From: Octopus sinensis
Lineage: Eukaryota
Assembly: GCF_006345805.1 (NCBI RefSeq)
Contig: NC_042999.1
Location: 59,830,001-59,894,000, forward strand
Length of the DNA stretch: 64,000 nucleotides
Reading direction: 5' to 3'
A model generated the notes under the pieces. That model worked only from the letters and a program-made list of their open reading frames with translations. It was not told where the DNA came from and did no database searches. Positions 51,017 to 62,675 of this stretch are shown piece by piece. Within the stretch, counting starts at the first letter, position 1; every line of letters starts with the position of its first letter. A program made the translations under genes and the position numbers.

Positions 51017-51329
51017 ATACATAATATATATATATATATATATAAATAAATATGTATGTATATATAATATGAGCAAGTCAAAAGACTGTCCATGGCCATC
51101 ATGACTTATTTAGATTTGTATGTTTGTTGGGTTTTTTTTCATGTTTTGTTTTTCAAGTGAAGTATTAGCACAAACAACTCTTATATTATGCGGTTTGTTC
51201 TTTTAATACTGATTTCTGACATAGAGACAAGACTGACTTATTTTTTTTCTTTTGAAGGAAGGTAATGTCATTTACATGAACTTCAGTACTGAACCAAAAA
51301 ACAGTTGATAATTCTTTATTTTGGATGGT

Positions 51330-51480
51330 AAGAACTTTGCTTGCCAACCACATGGTTTCAGGTTCTGTCCCACTGCATGACACCTTGAGCATGTGTCTTC
51401 TACAATAGCCATCGGCCAACCGAAACTTTGTGAGTGGATTTGGTTGACAGAAACTGAAAAAAAAAAAAACAATCTGTCAT
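51330..51480 (+). mobile_element. family B SINE head
   Basis: CCAACCACATGGTTTCAGGTTCTGTCCCAC..GTGAGTGGATTTGG..AAACTGAAA. Confidence 0.8.
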
Positions 51481-51771
51481 ACACATACACATACTTAGAG
51501 GAGGTGCATAGCTTAGTGGTTTGAGTGTTGAGTGCGTGGTTGTAAGATCGTGGTTTTAATTCCTGGTCTGGTTGACGCGTTGTTTCCTTGAGCAAAACAC
51601 TTCATTTCTCGTTGTTCCGATCCACAAAAAATGGCAAAAAATGAATAATCCTTTGAGAGAACAGTGTCCCATCCAAGAGGAGAATATATTCGCATAAAAA
51701 CCAGGTGACCGGCTTTATGGATCTATACGACTCTGGAAGGATCTTCATCATCATCCTCATCATCGTTTAAT

Positions 51772-51925
51772 GTCCGTTTCTTTCAGTTTCCGTCTACCAA
51801 ATTCACTCACAAGGCTTTGGTCAGCCCGAGGTTATAGTAGAAGACACTTGCCCAAGGTGCTACGCAGTGGGATTGAACCCGGAACCATGTGGTTGGTGAG
51901 CAAGCTACTTACCACACAGCCATTC
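51772..51925 (-). mobile_element. family B SINE head, inverted relative to 51330
   Basis: TTTCAGTTTCCGTCTACC..ACCATGTGGTTGG..TTACCACACAGCC. Confidence 0.85.
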
Positions 51926-52037
51926 CTGTGCCTATTATTATTTTTGATTGTAGAATTGCCTTTATAATTACTTATTTATTTAATTTAATTTTGTTCATTT
52001 ATTTTATTTTATTTTATCTTTGCAGCTCAAAGCATTG

Positions 52038-52064
52038 ATGGGGAACCAAAGCAGACTGTTTTAG
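52038..52064 (+). other. uORF1 (MGNQSRLF*)
   Basis: ATG GGG AAC CAA AGC AGA CTG TTT TAG in the exon leader. Confidence 0.55.
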
Positions 52065-52076
52065 GGCCTGCTGACT

Positions 52077-52343
52077 ATGATGGCAGATATAACTCACTAT
52101 TGCATATTACACAACAGCAATCTACCAGACACAACTCACGCCTACCTTGCAACAGCTATTTTCAACCACATCAACAACAACAACAACACATTTGTCAGAG
52201 CAACAATTACTACAGCAGCAAGAACAACAGCAACAACAACAACAACAACAGCATCAGCTGCAGCGATCAGATTACACAACAACTATGGAAAGATCATTAA
52301 TCATAGAAGAAGATGTAAAAATGGAAGAGCTGCAGTTGTCTGA
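52077..52343 (+). other. uORF2 (88 aa) overlapping the main start out of frame
   Basis: ATG ATG GCA... open until 52343, i.e. 59 nt past the main ATG at 52285; also present in the ORF track. Confidence 0.5.
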
Positions 52344-54057
52344 AGACGAGTGCCAAAAGGAGAATCAACTAGAACAACTGCAGCCGCAAGAAATAGAGGA
52401 ACAGCAGGCCATGCTGCAGCCACATTCTCACGATCATAATCATCATCATTCTCAAGAAGAAGAGCAACAACAACAGCAACAATATCAGTGTGATCCAAAA
52501 CGTCTGGATGTATTATCGTCGGAGAACAAAATAGTAATTCCAACTTCATCCTCCTCACTGGAATTAATAGAAGTAGCGCCAGCTGTTTCACCTCAGCCAA
52601 CATTAAACCCACAGGCAGCCCTTCCTTCAACAATACACCCATTGTCTTTACACAAAGATACACAGCTTTCCATATCACCGTCTTTGTCATTGAATTCCGA
52701 AGGAGGAGAACAAGAAAACACACACCAACAACAGCATACACCATCAACAGCACCACAGCAACGGAAGCAACTAGAAAATAATGAAGAAGGAACTGGGTCA
52801 GGAGCAGCTAAAAAATTAGACCAGGAGTACAGTGTGTCCGATAACGCTGTTGAAACGACTGAACCACCCTTAAATCAAGTCACTATGAGCACCTGTTTGA
52901 ATAACTCCGTCAACTCTGAAACTGCCATGAACCTGTCCAATTCGATTTCTATATCTGCAGATGTTTCTGACTCTAATACTAATATTGCTGTCGCTGAAGA
53001 CTTAATTGGTCCAGAACCAATCAGCATTGACAGACCTAATGAGCTCACATCTTTGGCAGAGGAAGCTGATGCAGCCATGACAACGAGAAGCCCAGATGAC
53101 ATTAATGGGGACCAGAGCCTACCTGTTCCTCTTGAATCTCAAAGTCCTGTATCGATGGTGACTGCTACATCACCGTCGGTCGTTGTTGACCAGCACAGCT
53201 CTGAGGAAGAGCTTGAATGTATAAACCAGGAGAACAGTCACCCGGAGAAGAGGAAGTGGTCACAGATGGAGAGTCAGAGCAGTAACTCTGTGGAGAGCAA
53301 CCATCCAAAGTCAAATGTTTACCATTCCTTTCATCCTCCCCATCACCACCACAACAGCCATCACCTGCTGCAGCATCCTCTTCCTCTTCATCACAACAGT
53401 CATCACCAGCAGAATCATCATATCCCACACCACCATCAACAGCAACAGAACAACATCAACCACAATCAGCAGCAACGCAGTAGCAGCAGCAGCAACAGTG
53501 GTAACCACGGTAGCGGCGGTAACAACAACAACAGCAACAGCAACAACAACAACAACAGCAGCAGCAGCAACAACAACAACAACAACGCCATTAATTCCCA
53601 ACAGCACTGCCACAACCACAACAACAACCAGCACAACTGCAGCAGCAACAGCAGCAGCAACAACAACAACAACAGCATTCTAATCAACAACAGCAATATC
53701 TGCAACAACAACAACAACAATAACAACAACAACAATATCAACAGCAACAGTAACATGAACAACAACAGCAACAACAACAGCTGTTGTTTTACAGACAGTG
53801 CCGGATCTTCTGATGAGGAGGTGAAGGAGTTCATGCTTGATCCAAAACCGATTCTATTCAGCTCCGCTCCGCCCTCGGGGATCCAGAAGGTAATGAGATC
53901 ATCGTCAGCCAATTTTCTGGTACCGAATGGACCACCCCTTAGTATTTGTGCTATTTCACCAAGAAAAAGGCATCGTTTAAATTCGTCCTCTGATTCTCTT
54001 GATTTGGAGAACATTTCTGTAATTCAGAGACCATGTCTTGACTTTGAGAAAATGCAG
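52285..54057 (+). CDS. N-terminal 591 codons of a low-complexity (poly-Q/H/N/S), probably disordered nuclear protein; continues in downstream exon(s) after a phase-0 intron
   Basis: First in-frame ATG (actATGG, A at -3, G at +4) gives MERSLIIEEDVKMEELQ...; frame stays open to the donor and ends ...ISPRKRHRL...IQRPCLDFEKMQ. The frame is closed upstream by TAA at 52090-52092. The C-terminal motif resembles the FAM53 RPSLDFxKM motif from recall, which is not enough for a gene symbol. Confidence 0.8.
53395..53780 (+). repeat. coding CAC/CAG/AAC/AGC trinucleotide mosaic (poly-H/Q/N/S)
   Basis: Runs of aacaacaac and agcagcagc within the ORF. Confidence 0.9.
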
Positions 54058-54114
54058 GTGAGTACATCCTTCTTTACCGTTTTTATACATTTCAAGGATT
54101 TCTTCATTTATTAT

Positions 54115-54349
54115 TAAGGCGGCGAGCTGGCAGAACTGTTAGCATGCCGTACGAAATGCGTAACCATATTTCGTCTGCCGTTATGTTCTAAGTTCAAATT
54201 TTCGCCGAGGTCATCTTTGCCTTTCATCCTTTCGAGGTCGATAAATTAAGTACCAGTTATGCACTGAGGTCGATGTAATCGACTTAAATCGTTTGTCTGT
54301 CCTTGTTTGTCCCCTTTATGTTTAGCCCCTTGTGGGTAATAAAGAAACA

Positions 54350-54391
<42 letters not shown>

Positions 54392-54620
54392 GGTGGTGAG
54401 CTGGTGGAATTATTAGTGCACCAGGTGAAATGCTTAGAGCTATTTCGCCTGTCGCTATGCTCTGAGTTCAAATTCTGCCATGGTCGACTTTGTCTTCTAT
54501 CCTTTTGCAGTCGATAAATCAAGTACCAGTGAAACACTGGGGTTGATATAATCAACTAGTCCCTCCCTTCCACGCAAATCTCAGGCCTTGTGCCTTTAGT
54601 AGAAAGGGTTATTACTACTA
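54115..54620 (+). mobile_element. two head-to-tail family D SINEs (type 1, (ATT)n, type 2)
   Basis: Heads near 54117 and 54392, separated by (ATT)n at 54350-54390. Confidence 0.88.
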
Positions 54621-54945
54621 GAAAATCTACCCATCTATGATGGAGGCATAAAATGAGGAAAGGAAGCCATGACAGCAGTATGCATTGAGAAACGTATAAA
54701 TGGACTTGATAGATGTCTGCGGACTTGATACTGGGTGATGTCTTTGAGAAATCACATTTTTGTTGGTGATGCAGCTCTATGACATATGTTTGGGACTGAG
54801 TGACATGTAAGGACGATTCACTCCCGAACTGAAATAGGTTCCCAGCCTCTGTATCATGAATGGTTATGTGAACCACTCCTAACGAAAGCCAGAGCTTCCT
54901 TTGACCACTACATAAAAAGTATTAAGAAAAAAATGTTATTTAGAT

Positions 54946-55350
54946 CATCATCATCATCATCATTTAATGTCTGCTTTCCATGCTAGCATGGGTTCGACGA
55001 TTTGACTGAGGTCTGGTGAACCAGACTCCAATCTGATCTGGCAGAGTTTCTACAGCTGGATGCCCTTCCTAACACCAACCACTCCGAGAGTGTAGTGGGT
55101 GCATTTACGTGCCACTGGTACAAGGGCCAGTTTGGTGGTACTGGCAATGGCCATGCCCAAATGGTGCTTTTTATGTGCCACCTGCACAGGAGCCAGTCCA
55201 GCAGCACTGGCGACGACCTCGCTCGAATGTTTCACGTGCCACCAGCACAAGTGCTAGTAAGGTGACGTGGTAACGATCACACTCGAATGGTGTGTTTAAC
55301 GTGCCATCAGCACGAAGGCCAGCTTGTTGCTCTGGCAATGATCTTACTCG
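54946..55350 (-). mobile_element. family A retroposon
   Basis: Diagnostic blocks. Confidence 0.88.
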
Positions 55351-55956
55351 TATGGTACTCTTAGCGCTCTGCACACTATTTTATGCTTGTTTATGCTCTT
55401 ATACATTTAAAGTTCACAAATTTCCTTATTTAAATTATGAATCATGTTCCTTTCGATAATGTCAGTATGATTACAAAACTTCTTTGTAGACGATATTTTC
55501 TGTTTGGTCGACACTAATTTTCAAATTACTGGAATCCATTGCTCTCCTCATAGAGACATGTAACTGGCCGTGTGTAAACATGAGTGAGTGAAAATACACC
55601 TACACGATTTAAAGTTTGGTCCTGGGCCTTCTTTGCTGTGAATGCTCAAGTGGAATCTTTAACTAAAACTTACGTCTCATGACACTGGATTGTATCTATG
55701 CTTAAATATCTGTCCACCTGTTAATCTATCTGTCTTTCCATCTATCTATCTATCTATCCATCAGATATATGGTGTATATGGGTGTATTTGATGCATATGT
55801 GTTGTATATGTATGTGTCTATACATGTACTTCCATGTGTGAGTATGGATACAGCATGGCCAAATAGTTAAGATGTTGGCACGCATCACAAGATACCTGTT
55901 GCGTGCCACTTACCATAGCTTCATGCCATTCCAAGCCTTGTAAATAGAACTGGGTG

Positions 55957-56625
55957 AACCTTTATCCTTTAAACTGGCCTTGTCTGGCCAAAATATTCTA
56001 TCAGCTTTATGTTCAAACTGGTGGTCAGATTTGGTCTTTCACACTTACTGTACAATGTCATTTTCTATAAAAATAAACCATCACATCATCAAAATCTTGA
56101 AGTTACAGGATGACTTACAATTAATTCAAGAACAATCATCATCATCATCATAGTTTAACGTCTGCTTTCCATTCTAGCATGGGTTGGACGATTCAACTGG
56201 GGTCTGGGAAGCCAAGAGGCTGCACTAGGCCCAGTCTGATCTGGCAGTGTTTCTACAGCTGGATGCCCTCCCTAACGCCAACCACTCCGTGAGTGTAGTG
56301 GGTGCTTTTTACATTCCACCGGCACAGGTGCCAGGCGAGGCTGGCAACGGCCACGATCGGTTGGTGCTTTTTACGTGCCACCGGCATGGAGGGCAGTTGA
56401 GGCAGCGCTGGCAACGGCCACGCTCGGATGGTTCTTTTATGTGCCACCGGCACTGGTATCACAACTACAATTTCCATTGATTTTTGATCGATTTCGATTT
56501 CACTTGCCTCAACAGGTCTTTGCAAGCAGAGTTTTGTGTCCCAAGAAGGAAAGGTATGCATAAGTGGACTGGCTACGAATAAATAATCATTACATTTGAT
56601 TAAGAAATCTGAATACTAAAAGGTT
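55957..56625. mobile_element. MITE family 2 interrupted by a family-A retroposon (56136-56575)
   Basis: Family-2 body runs to ...AATTCAAGAACAAT, then resumes GAATAAATAATCATTACATTTG...CTAAAAGGTT after the insert. Confidence 0.6.
56136..56575 (-). mobile_element. family A retroposon
   Basis: Diagnostic blocks; extends into the same 5' region as the 191-1103 copy. Confidence 0.9.
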
Positions 56626-56956
56626 GATGCAAACTGTGATGAAGATGGATTTTACCTGTGACTCAAAACTGCACCTTTGTCATACAGTGTGTGTCATTCT
56701 GATACCATCTGAGGATTATATTTGTGTGTATATGTATCTGTGGAATACTTGTCCACTTTTACACAAACTCAAAAACAGATTGGCTTACTAAGTTCTCATA
56801 TTTACTTCAACATGTGTTAGAAAACACACGATTGTTTATAACTGTTCTCTTTTTATGTTCTGCCTATATCCATCTCAGAGTAAAATATCTGTAAGTGTTA
56901 CAAACATTCTTGTACATCTCTGTTCATTATTTAAAGATATATTACTTACATGCATG

Positions 56957-57203
56957 CATCATCATCATCATCATCATCATCATCTTTTAATGTCCGCCTT
57001 CCATGCTAGCATGGGTTGGATGATTTTGACTGAGGGCTGGCGAACCAGACGGCCGCACCAGGCTCCAATCTTGATCTGGCAGAGTTTCTACAGCTGGATG
57101 CCCTTCCTAACGCCAATCACTCGAGAGTGGAGTGGGTGCTCTTTACATGCCACCGGAACGGGGGCCAGTCAGGCAGTACTGGCATTGACCTCGCTCGAAT
57201 CTT
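56957..57203 (-). mobile_element. family A retroposon
   Basis: Diagnostic blocks. Confidence 0.88.
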
Positions 57204-57789
57204 TATGCATATATATATATATTATATATATATATACACACACATACACATGTGTCTACTATAATAATACTCATGTTTTTCTGTCACAAAATATGAATGA
57301 AAATGGAAGGGGTGATGGCAAACTGGTAGCAGAGGGCAGGATGATAGAAATTCTATGGTGATAAAAATATCAAAGCGTTTCAACACTGTGAGTATATGTG
57401 TGTGTATATAAAAGGGAACTATGTGAATGTTTATGTGCCTGAGTGTGTGCATGTATGTATGTGTGTGTGTGTGTGTGCAATGGAAATGGGATGGTGAACA
57501 TTCAATGCTGAAAAGAAAAATCAAACAGCGTTTCAACTCTGTGTATTTTGGTATTTACTTGCCAGCTCCCGTATTTAGTCACGGCTAGCTTTATGTGGAC
57601 TTAAGTCACACAAGAAGGAAGGAAACAAACAGTCAAGGGATGTTAGTTGCAGATAAGATTTTTCACAAAAAGTTTCGTAATAAAAGAATTATTAAACTAA
57701 AAACTTTGTTTTGTACCTCACCTATATATAAAATACTACAATTAGCCATCATTTTTGTTAGCATGGGGCCAGCTAGTATATATTTATTA

Positions 57790-57930
57790 TGTATATTCAG
57801 TTTCAGTCTTGAAAATCCACTCACAAGGCTTTGTTTAGTTTGAGGCTATAGTGAAAGACACTTGCCCAAGCTGCCACACAGTGGGATTGAACTGGGAGCC
57901 ATGTGGTTTAGAAACAAACTTCTTACCAGC
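57790..57930 (-). mobile_element. family B SINE head
   Basis: Blocks as above. Confidence 0.75.
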
Positions 57931-58224
57931 TTGCACCTTATGACATAGGTTCTTCTGTAATTTTGCTATTTTTTTTTTCTTGGTAGGGTTGATGGCCCTA
58001 TGCAAACCATTTGTACGTCTGGAACGAAGTGGCTCATATTATTCTGACTTCTATCCTTTGGCCTGTTCAGCCTGGAAGGTCCTGTCTGGAGCATGCATTC
58101 CATTGACATGGCACTCAGAGTCATTGAGGCATACAAGCTACTACAACATTGCTACAAGGACTGGACCTTGTGGTGGATCTCTGTTCAGTATGCCACCTAC
58201 TTTTTGATAGGTGCACATACACAC

Positions 58225-58470
58225 ACACACATGTGGAGGGTGTAGCTTAGTGGTTAGAGTGTTAGACTCATGATTGTAAGATTCTGGTTTCGATTCCTGG
58301 ACCGGGCAACATGCTATATTCTTGATCAAAACACTTCATTTCACGTTGCACGGGTCCACTCATCTGGCAAAAAATGAGCAGTCCTGCAATGGACCGGCAT
58401 CCTGTACAGGTGGGGAACTGATACACCATGGAAATCCAGAAACTGGCCCTTATGAGTCAGCATGAGTCAA
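58225..58470 (+). mobile_element. family F SINE
   Basis: Reverse complement of the 35255 copy, diverged. Confidence 0.75.
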
Positions 58471-58487
58471 GAAGGAAACTTTTTTTT

Positions 58488-59054
58488 TACACACACACAC
58501 ACGTTCATATTCCTCTTTACCATTTTCTTTCTCAGATAATCCACAAGGTGTCCATAAATGATGTATCTAGGGTGTTTGTTAGTTACTTTTTTACATTTGT
58601 TTCGTTGTAATAATTGTTTATGTTCTTTTTTTTTAACTTATTTCAGTCATTTGACTGTGGCCATGCTGGAGCATTGCCATGTGGTTAGGAAGCCGGCTTC
58701 TTACCACTCAGCGACACCTGCACATATATACATACACACATACATGGAAGTACACATACACACACAGACAGACACACATAAACACATACATACATACATA
58801 CATACATACATGCATCAATATATACATCAATACATACATACATACATACATACATACATCAAAACATACATACATCAAAACATACATACACACATACATA
58901 CATCAATACATATATACATACATCAATACATACATACATACATCAATACATACATACATACATCAATACAACATACATACATCAATACAGGCATACATAC
59001 ATCAAAACATACATACACACATACATACATCAATACAAACATACATACATACCT

Positions 59055-59086
<32 letters not shown>

Positions 59087-61312
59087 ACACATACACACAC
59101 ACGCATACATAGCTTCCACAGAATTTCTGCCTGCCAAATTCACTCACAAGGCATTGGTCAGCTTGAGGCTATAGTTGAAGATACTTGTTCAAGGTGTCAA
59201 TTATCACTCTGTTTTATGATATAATATTGGATCCACATTTGCACCTTATTGAAAACTTTCTTGCCTTATGGTCTATTCTGTATATGATCAAGATATATCA
59301 GGAATATCTGTGTATATACACATATGGACATACATATATATATGCTTGTGTATAAGTGTGTCTGTGTGTGTGTGTGTATAATTGTACACATGTGTATATG
59401 TAAATGTATGTATCTGCAAGTGTGTGTGTACGTGATTGTTTACATATGTGCGTATTTATACACTTGTTTGTAAGTATGTGTCTATACACTTGTGTATGTA
59501 TGTGCATATACATAAACGTACATGTATATATGTGTGTGTGGCTGTGGGTATATGAATGCATGTATGTGCTTCTCTGTGTATGTATATATGTATGTGTATA
59601 AGTACATGGATATATGTACATGTAAATATGTGTATTTACACATAAATGTATGTGTATATGTGTGTGTCTATGGATACACTGTCTGTGGGTATATGAATGC
59701 ATGTATGTGCTTCTTTGTGTGTGTGTATATATATATATATATATACGCACACACACTTGCACACACATACACGTTTATATATGTACATGTACATATATGT
59801 TTGTGCATAAGTACATGGATATAAGAACATGTGAATATGTGTACATATATGTGTATATATACATGCATGTATGTGTATGTCTATAGATACACACACACAC
59901 ACACACACACGTTCATATTCCTCTTTACCATTTTCTTTCTCAGATAATCCACAGGTGTCCATAAATGATGTATCTAGGGTGTTTGTTAGTTACTTTTTTA
60001 CATTTGTTTCGTTGTAATAATTGTTTATGTTCTTTTTTTTTAACTTATTTCAGTCATTTGACTGTGGCCATGCTGGAGCATTGCCATGTGGTTAGGAAGC
60101 CGGCTTCTTACCACTCAGCGACACCTGCACATATATACATACACACACATACATGGAAGTACACATACACACACAGACATACACACATAAACACATACAT
60201 ACATACATACATGCATCAATATATACATCAATACATACATCAATACATATACACATACATCAATACATATATACATACATCAATACATACATACATACAT
60301 CAATACATACATACATACATCAATACATACATACATACATCAATACAAACATACATACATCAATACAGGCATACATACATCAAAACATACATACACACAT
60401 ACATACATCAATACAAACATACATACATACCTACACACACACACATACACACACACACACATACACACACATACACACACACGCATACATAGCTTCCACA
60501 GAATTTCTGCCTGCCAAATTCACTCACAAGGCATTGGTCACCTTGAGGCTATAGTTGAAGATACTTGTTCAAGGTGTCAATTATCACTCTGTTTTATGAT
60601 ATAATATTGGATCCACATTTGCACCTTATTGAAAACTTTCTTGCCTTATGGTCTATTCTGTATATGATCAAGATATATCAGGAATATCTGTGTATATACA
60701 CATATGGACATACATATATATATGCTTGTGTATAAGTGTGTCTGTGTGTGTGTGTGTATAATTGTACACATGTGTATATGTAAATGTATGTATCTGCAAG
60801 TGTGTGTGTACGTGATTGTTTACATATGTGCGTATTTATACACTTGTTTGTAAGTATGTGTCTATACACTTGTGTATGTATGTGCATATACATAAACGTA
60901 CATGTATATATGTGTGTGTGGCTGTGGGTATATGAATGCATGTATGTGCTTCTTTGTGTATGTGTGTGTGTATATATATATATATACACACATACACGTT
61001 TATATATGTACATATGTTTGTGTATAAGTACATGGATATATGTACATGTAAATATGTGTATTTACACATAAATGTATGTGTATATGTGGGTGTCTATGGA
61101 TACACTGTCTGTGGGTATATGAATGCATGTATGTGCTTCTTTGTGTGTGTGTATATATATATATATATATACGCACACACACTTGCACACACATACACGT
61201 TTATATATGTACATGTACATATATGTTTGTGCATAAGTACATGGATATAAGAACATGTGAATATGTGTACATATATGTGTATATATACATGCATGTATGT
61301 GTATGTCTATAG

Positions 61313-61346
<34 letters not shown>
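58488..61346. repeat. 1.41-kb tandem duplication (two copies, period about 1408 bp)
   Basis: ACGTTCATATTCCTCTTTACC at 58501 and 59909; junctions lie in (CA)n tracts near 58490, 59900 and 61330. Confidence 0.93.
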
Positions 61347-61348
<2 letters not shown>

Positions 61349-61818
61349 AATTTCACTTCCCACTGTTCTTTCATGTTATATAACTGAGATTCAATCTACC
61401 CTTGCCTGTTTAATCTGTCTGATTTGTTGCTGTGCCAACATAACTCCAGGCTTCTTCCTGTCTTTCAATTGTTGGCATTGTGCAGGCTTTGAGGGAGGAT
61501 CGCTGCCAACATTTCATTCTGCCAGTCTTGTCAAATACTGTTGAACCTTTATTCTGAACTTTTTCACCTTGTTGTCTATGGACACATCTGGTTTTAGTTT
61601 TACAATTCCATTCATAGATACACACCCCTTCCCAATATATATATATATATATATGAATACATACACACATATATAAATACATATGTATGTGTCTATAAGG
61701 GTATGTATTATATAATATATATATATATATATATATCAAGTTATATACATATGTATAAATACATATGTATGGGTCTGTAGTGGTGTATGTATATATATAT
61801 ATATATATATATATACAT

Positions 61819-61852
<34 letters not shown>

Positions 61853-61942
61853 GCATGCATATATATAGTATATATATGTTTGTGTGTATTCTTTTGGTCT
61901 CAGCAGGGTCATTATATACATATATATACATGTGTATATATA

Positions 61943-62175
61943 GAGGCGGCGAGCGCAGCAGAAACGTTAGCACACGGGCGAAATGCGTTGCCGTATTTCG
62001 TCTGCCGTTACGTTCCGAGTGTCAAATTCCCCGAGGTCGACTTTGCCTTTCATCCTTCCGGGGTCGATAATTATAGTACAGTTACGCACTGGGGGTTGAT
62101 GAATCGACTTTAATCCGTTTGTCATGTCCTTGTTTGTCTCTCTGTGTTTAGCCCCTTGTGTGGGTATAAAGAAAT
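61943..62175 (+). mobile_element. family D SINE (tail type 1)
   Basis: CpG-rich, young-looking copy. Confidence 0.88.
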
Positions 62176-62271
62176 ATATATATACAGTATGTGTGTTATA
62201 TAATATGTATATATATATTATATATGTATATATATGTTAGTATATATATATATATATTATATATATACTAA

Positions 62272-62675
62272 TGCTCTTTATTCTTTTATTTGTTTCAGTC
62301 ATTTGACTGTGGCTATGCTGGAGCACCACCTTTTAGTTGAGCAAATCAACCCCAGGACTTATTCTTTGTCAGCCTAGTACTTATTCTATCGGTCTCTTTT
62401 GCCGAACCACTAGATTACGGGGATGTAAACACACTAGCATCGGTTGTCAAGTGATGTTGGGGGAACAAACACAGACACACAAGCATAAACACACACACAT
62501 ATATATGTATATACATGACGGGCTTCTTTCAGTTTCCGTCTACCAAATCCACTTACAGGGCTTTGGTCAGCCCGAGGCTATAATAGAAGACACTTGCCCA
62601 AGGTGCCATGCAGTGGGACTGAACCAGGAACCATGTGGTTGGTAAGCAAGCTACTTACCACACAGCCACTCCTGT
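62272..62675 (-). mobile_element. family B SINE, full length
   Basis: All blocks present. Confidence 0.9.

Larger units (their letters stand above)
52026..54057 (+). other. 2032-nt spliced exon (5' leader plus first visible coding segment)
   Basis: AT-rich polypyrimidine tract ending TTTTATCTTTGCAG at 52025; donor CAG|GTGAGT at 54057/54058; clear compositional shift to coding-like sequence between the two sites. Confidence 0.85.

Noticed and set aside
47574-51104. Numerous Y/I/C/V/H/T-rich ORFs here and elsewhere in the window
   Set aside because: Translations of (TA)n, (TG)n and (CATA)n tracts.
52147-52284. ORF-track start at TTG 52147 (656 aa, ending 54117)
   Set aside because: The frame is closed by TAA at 52090 and has no ATG until 52285; the last 19 codons lie beyond the GTGAGT donor, in the intron.
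55490-55591. Possible next phase-0 exon after CTTCTTTGTAG (TIFSVWSTLIFKLLESI...)
   Set aside because: It hits a stop after about 33 codons, has no recognisable similarity and no strong donor; unsupported.
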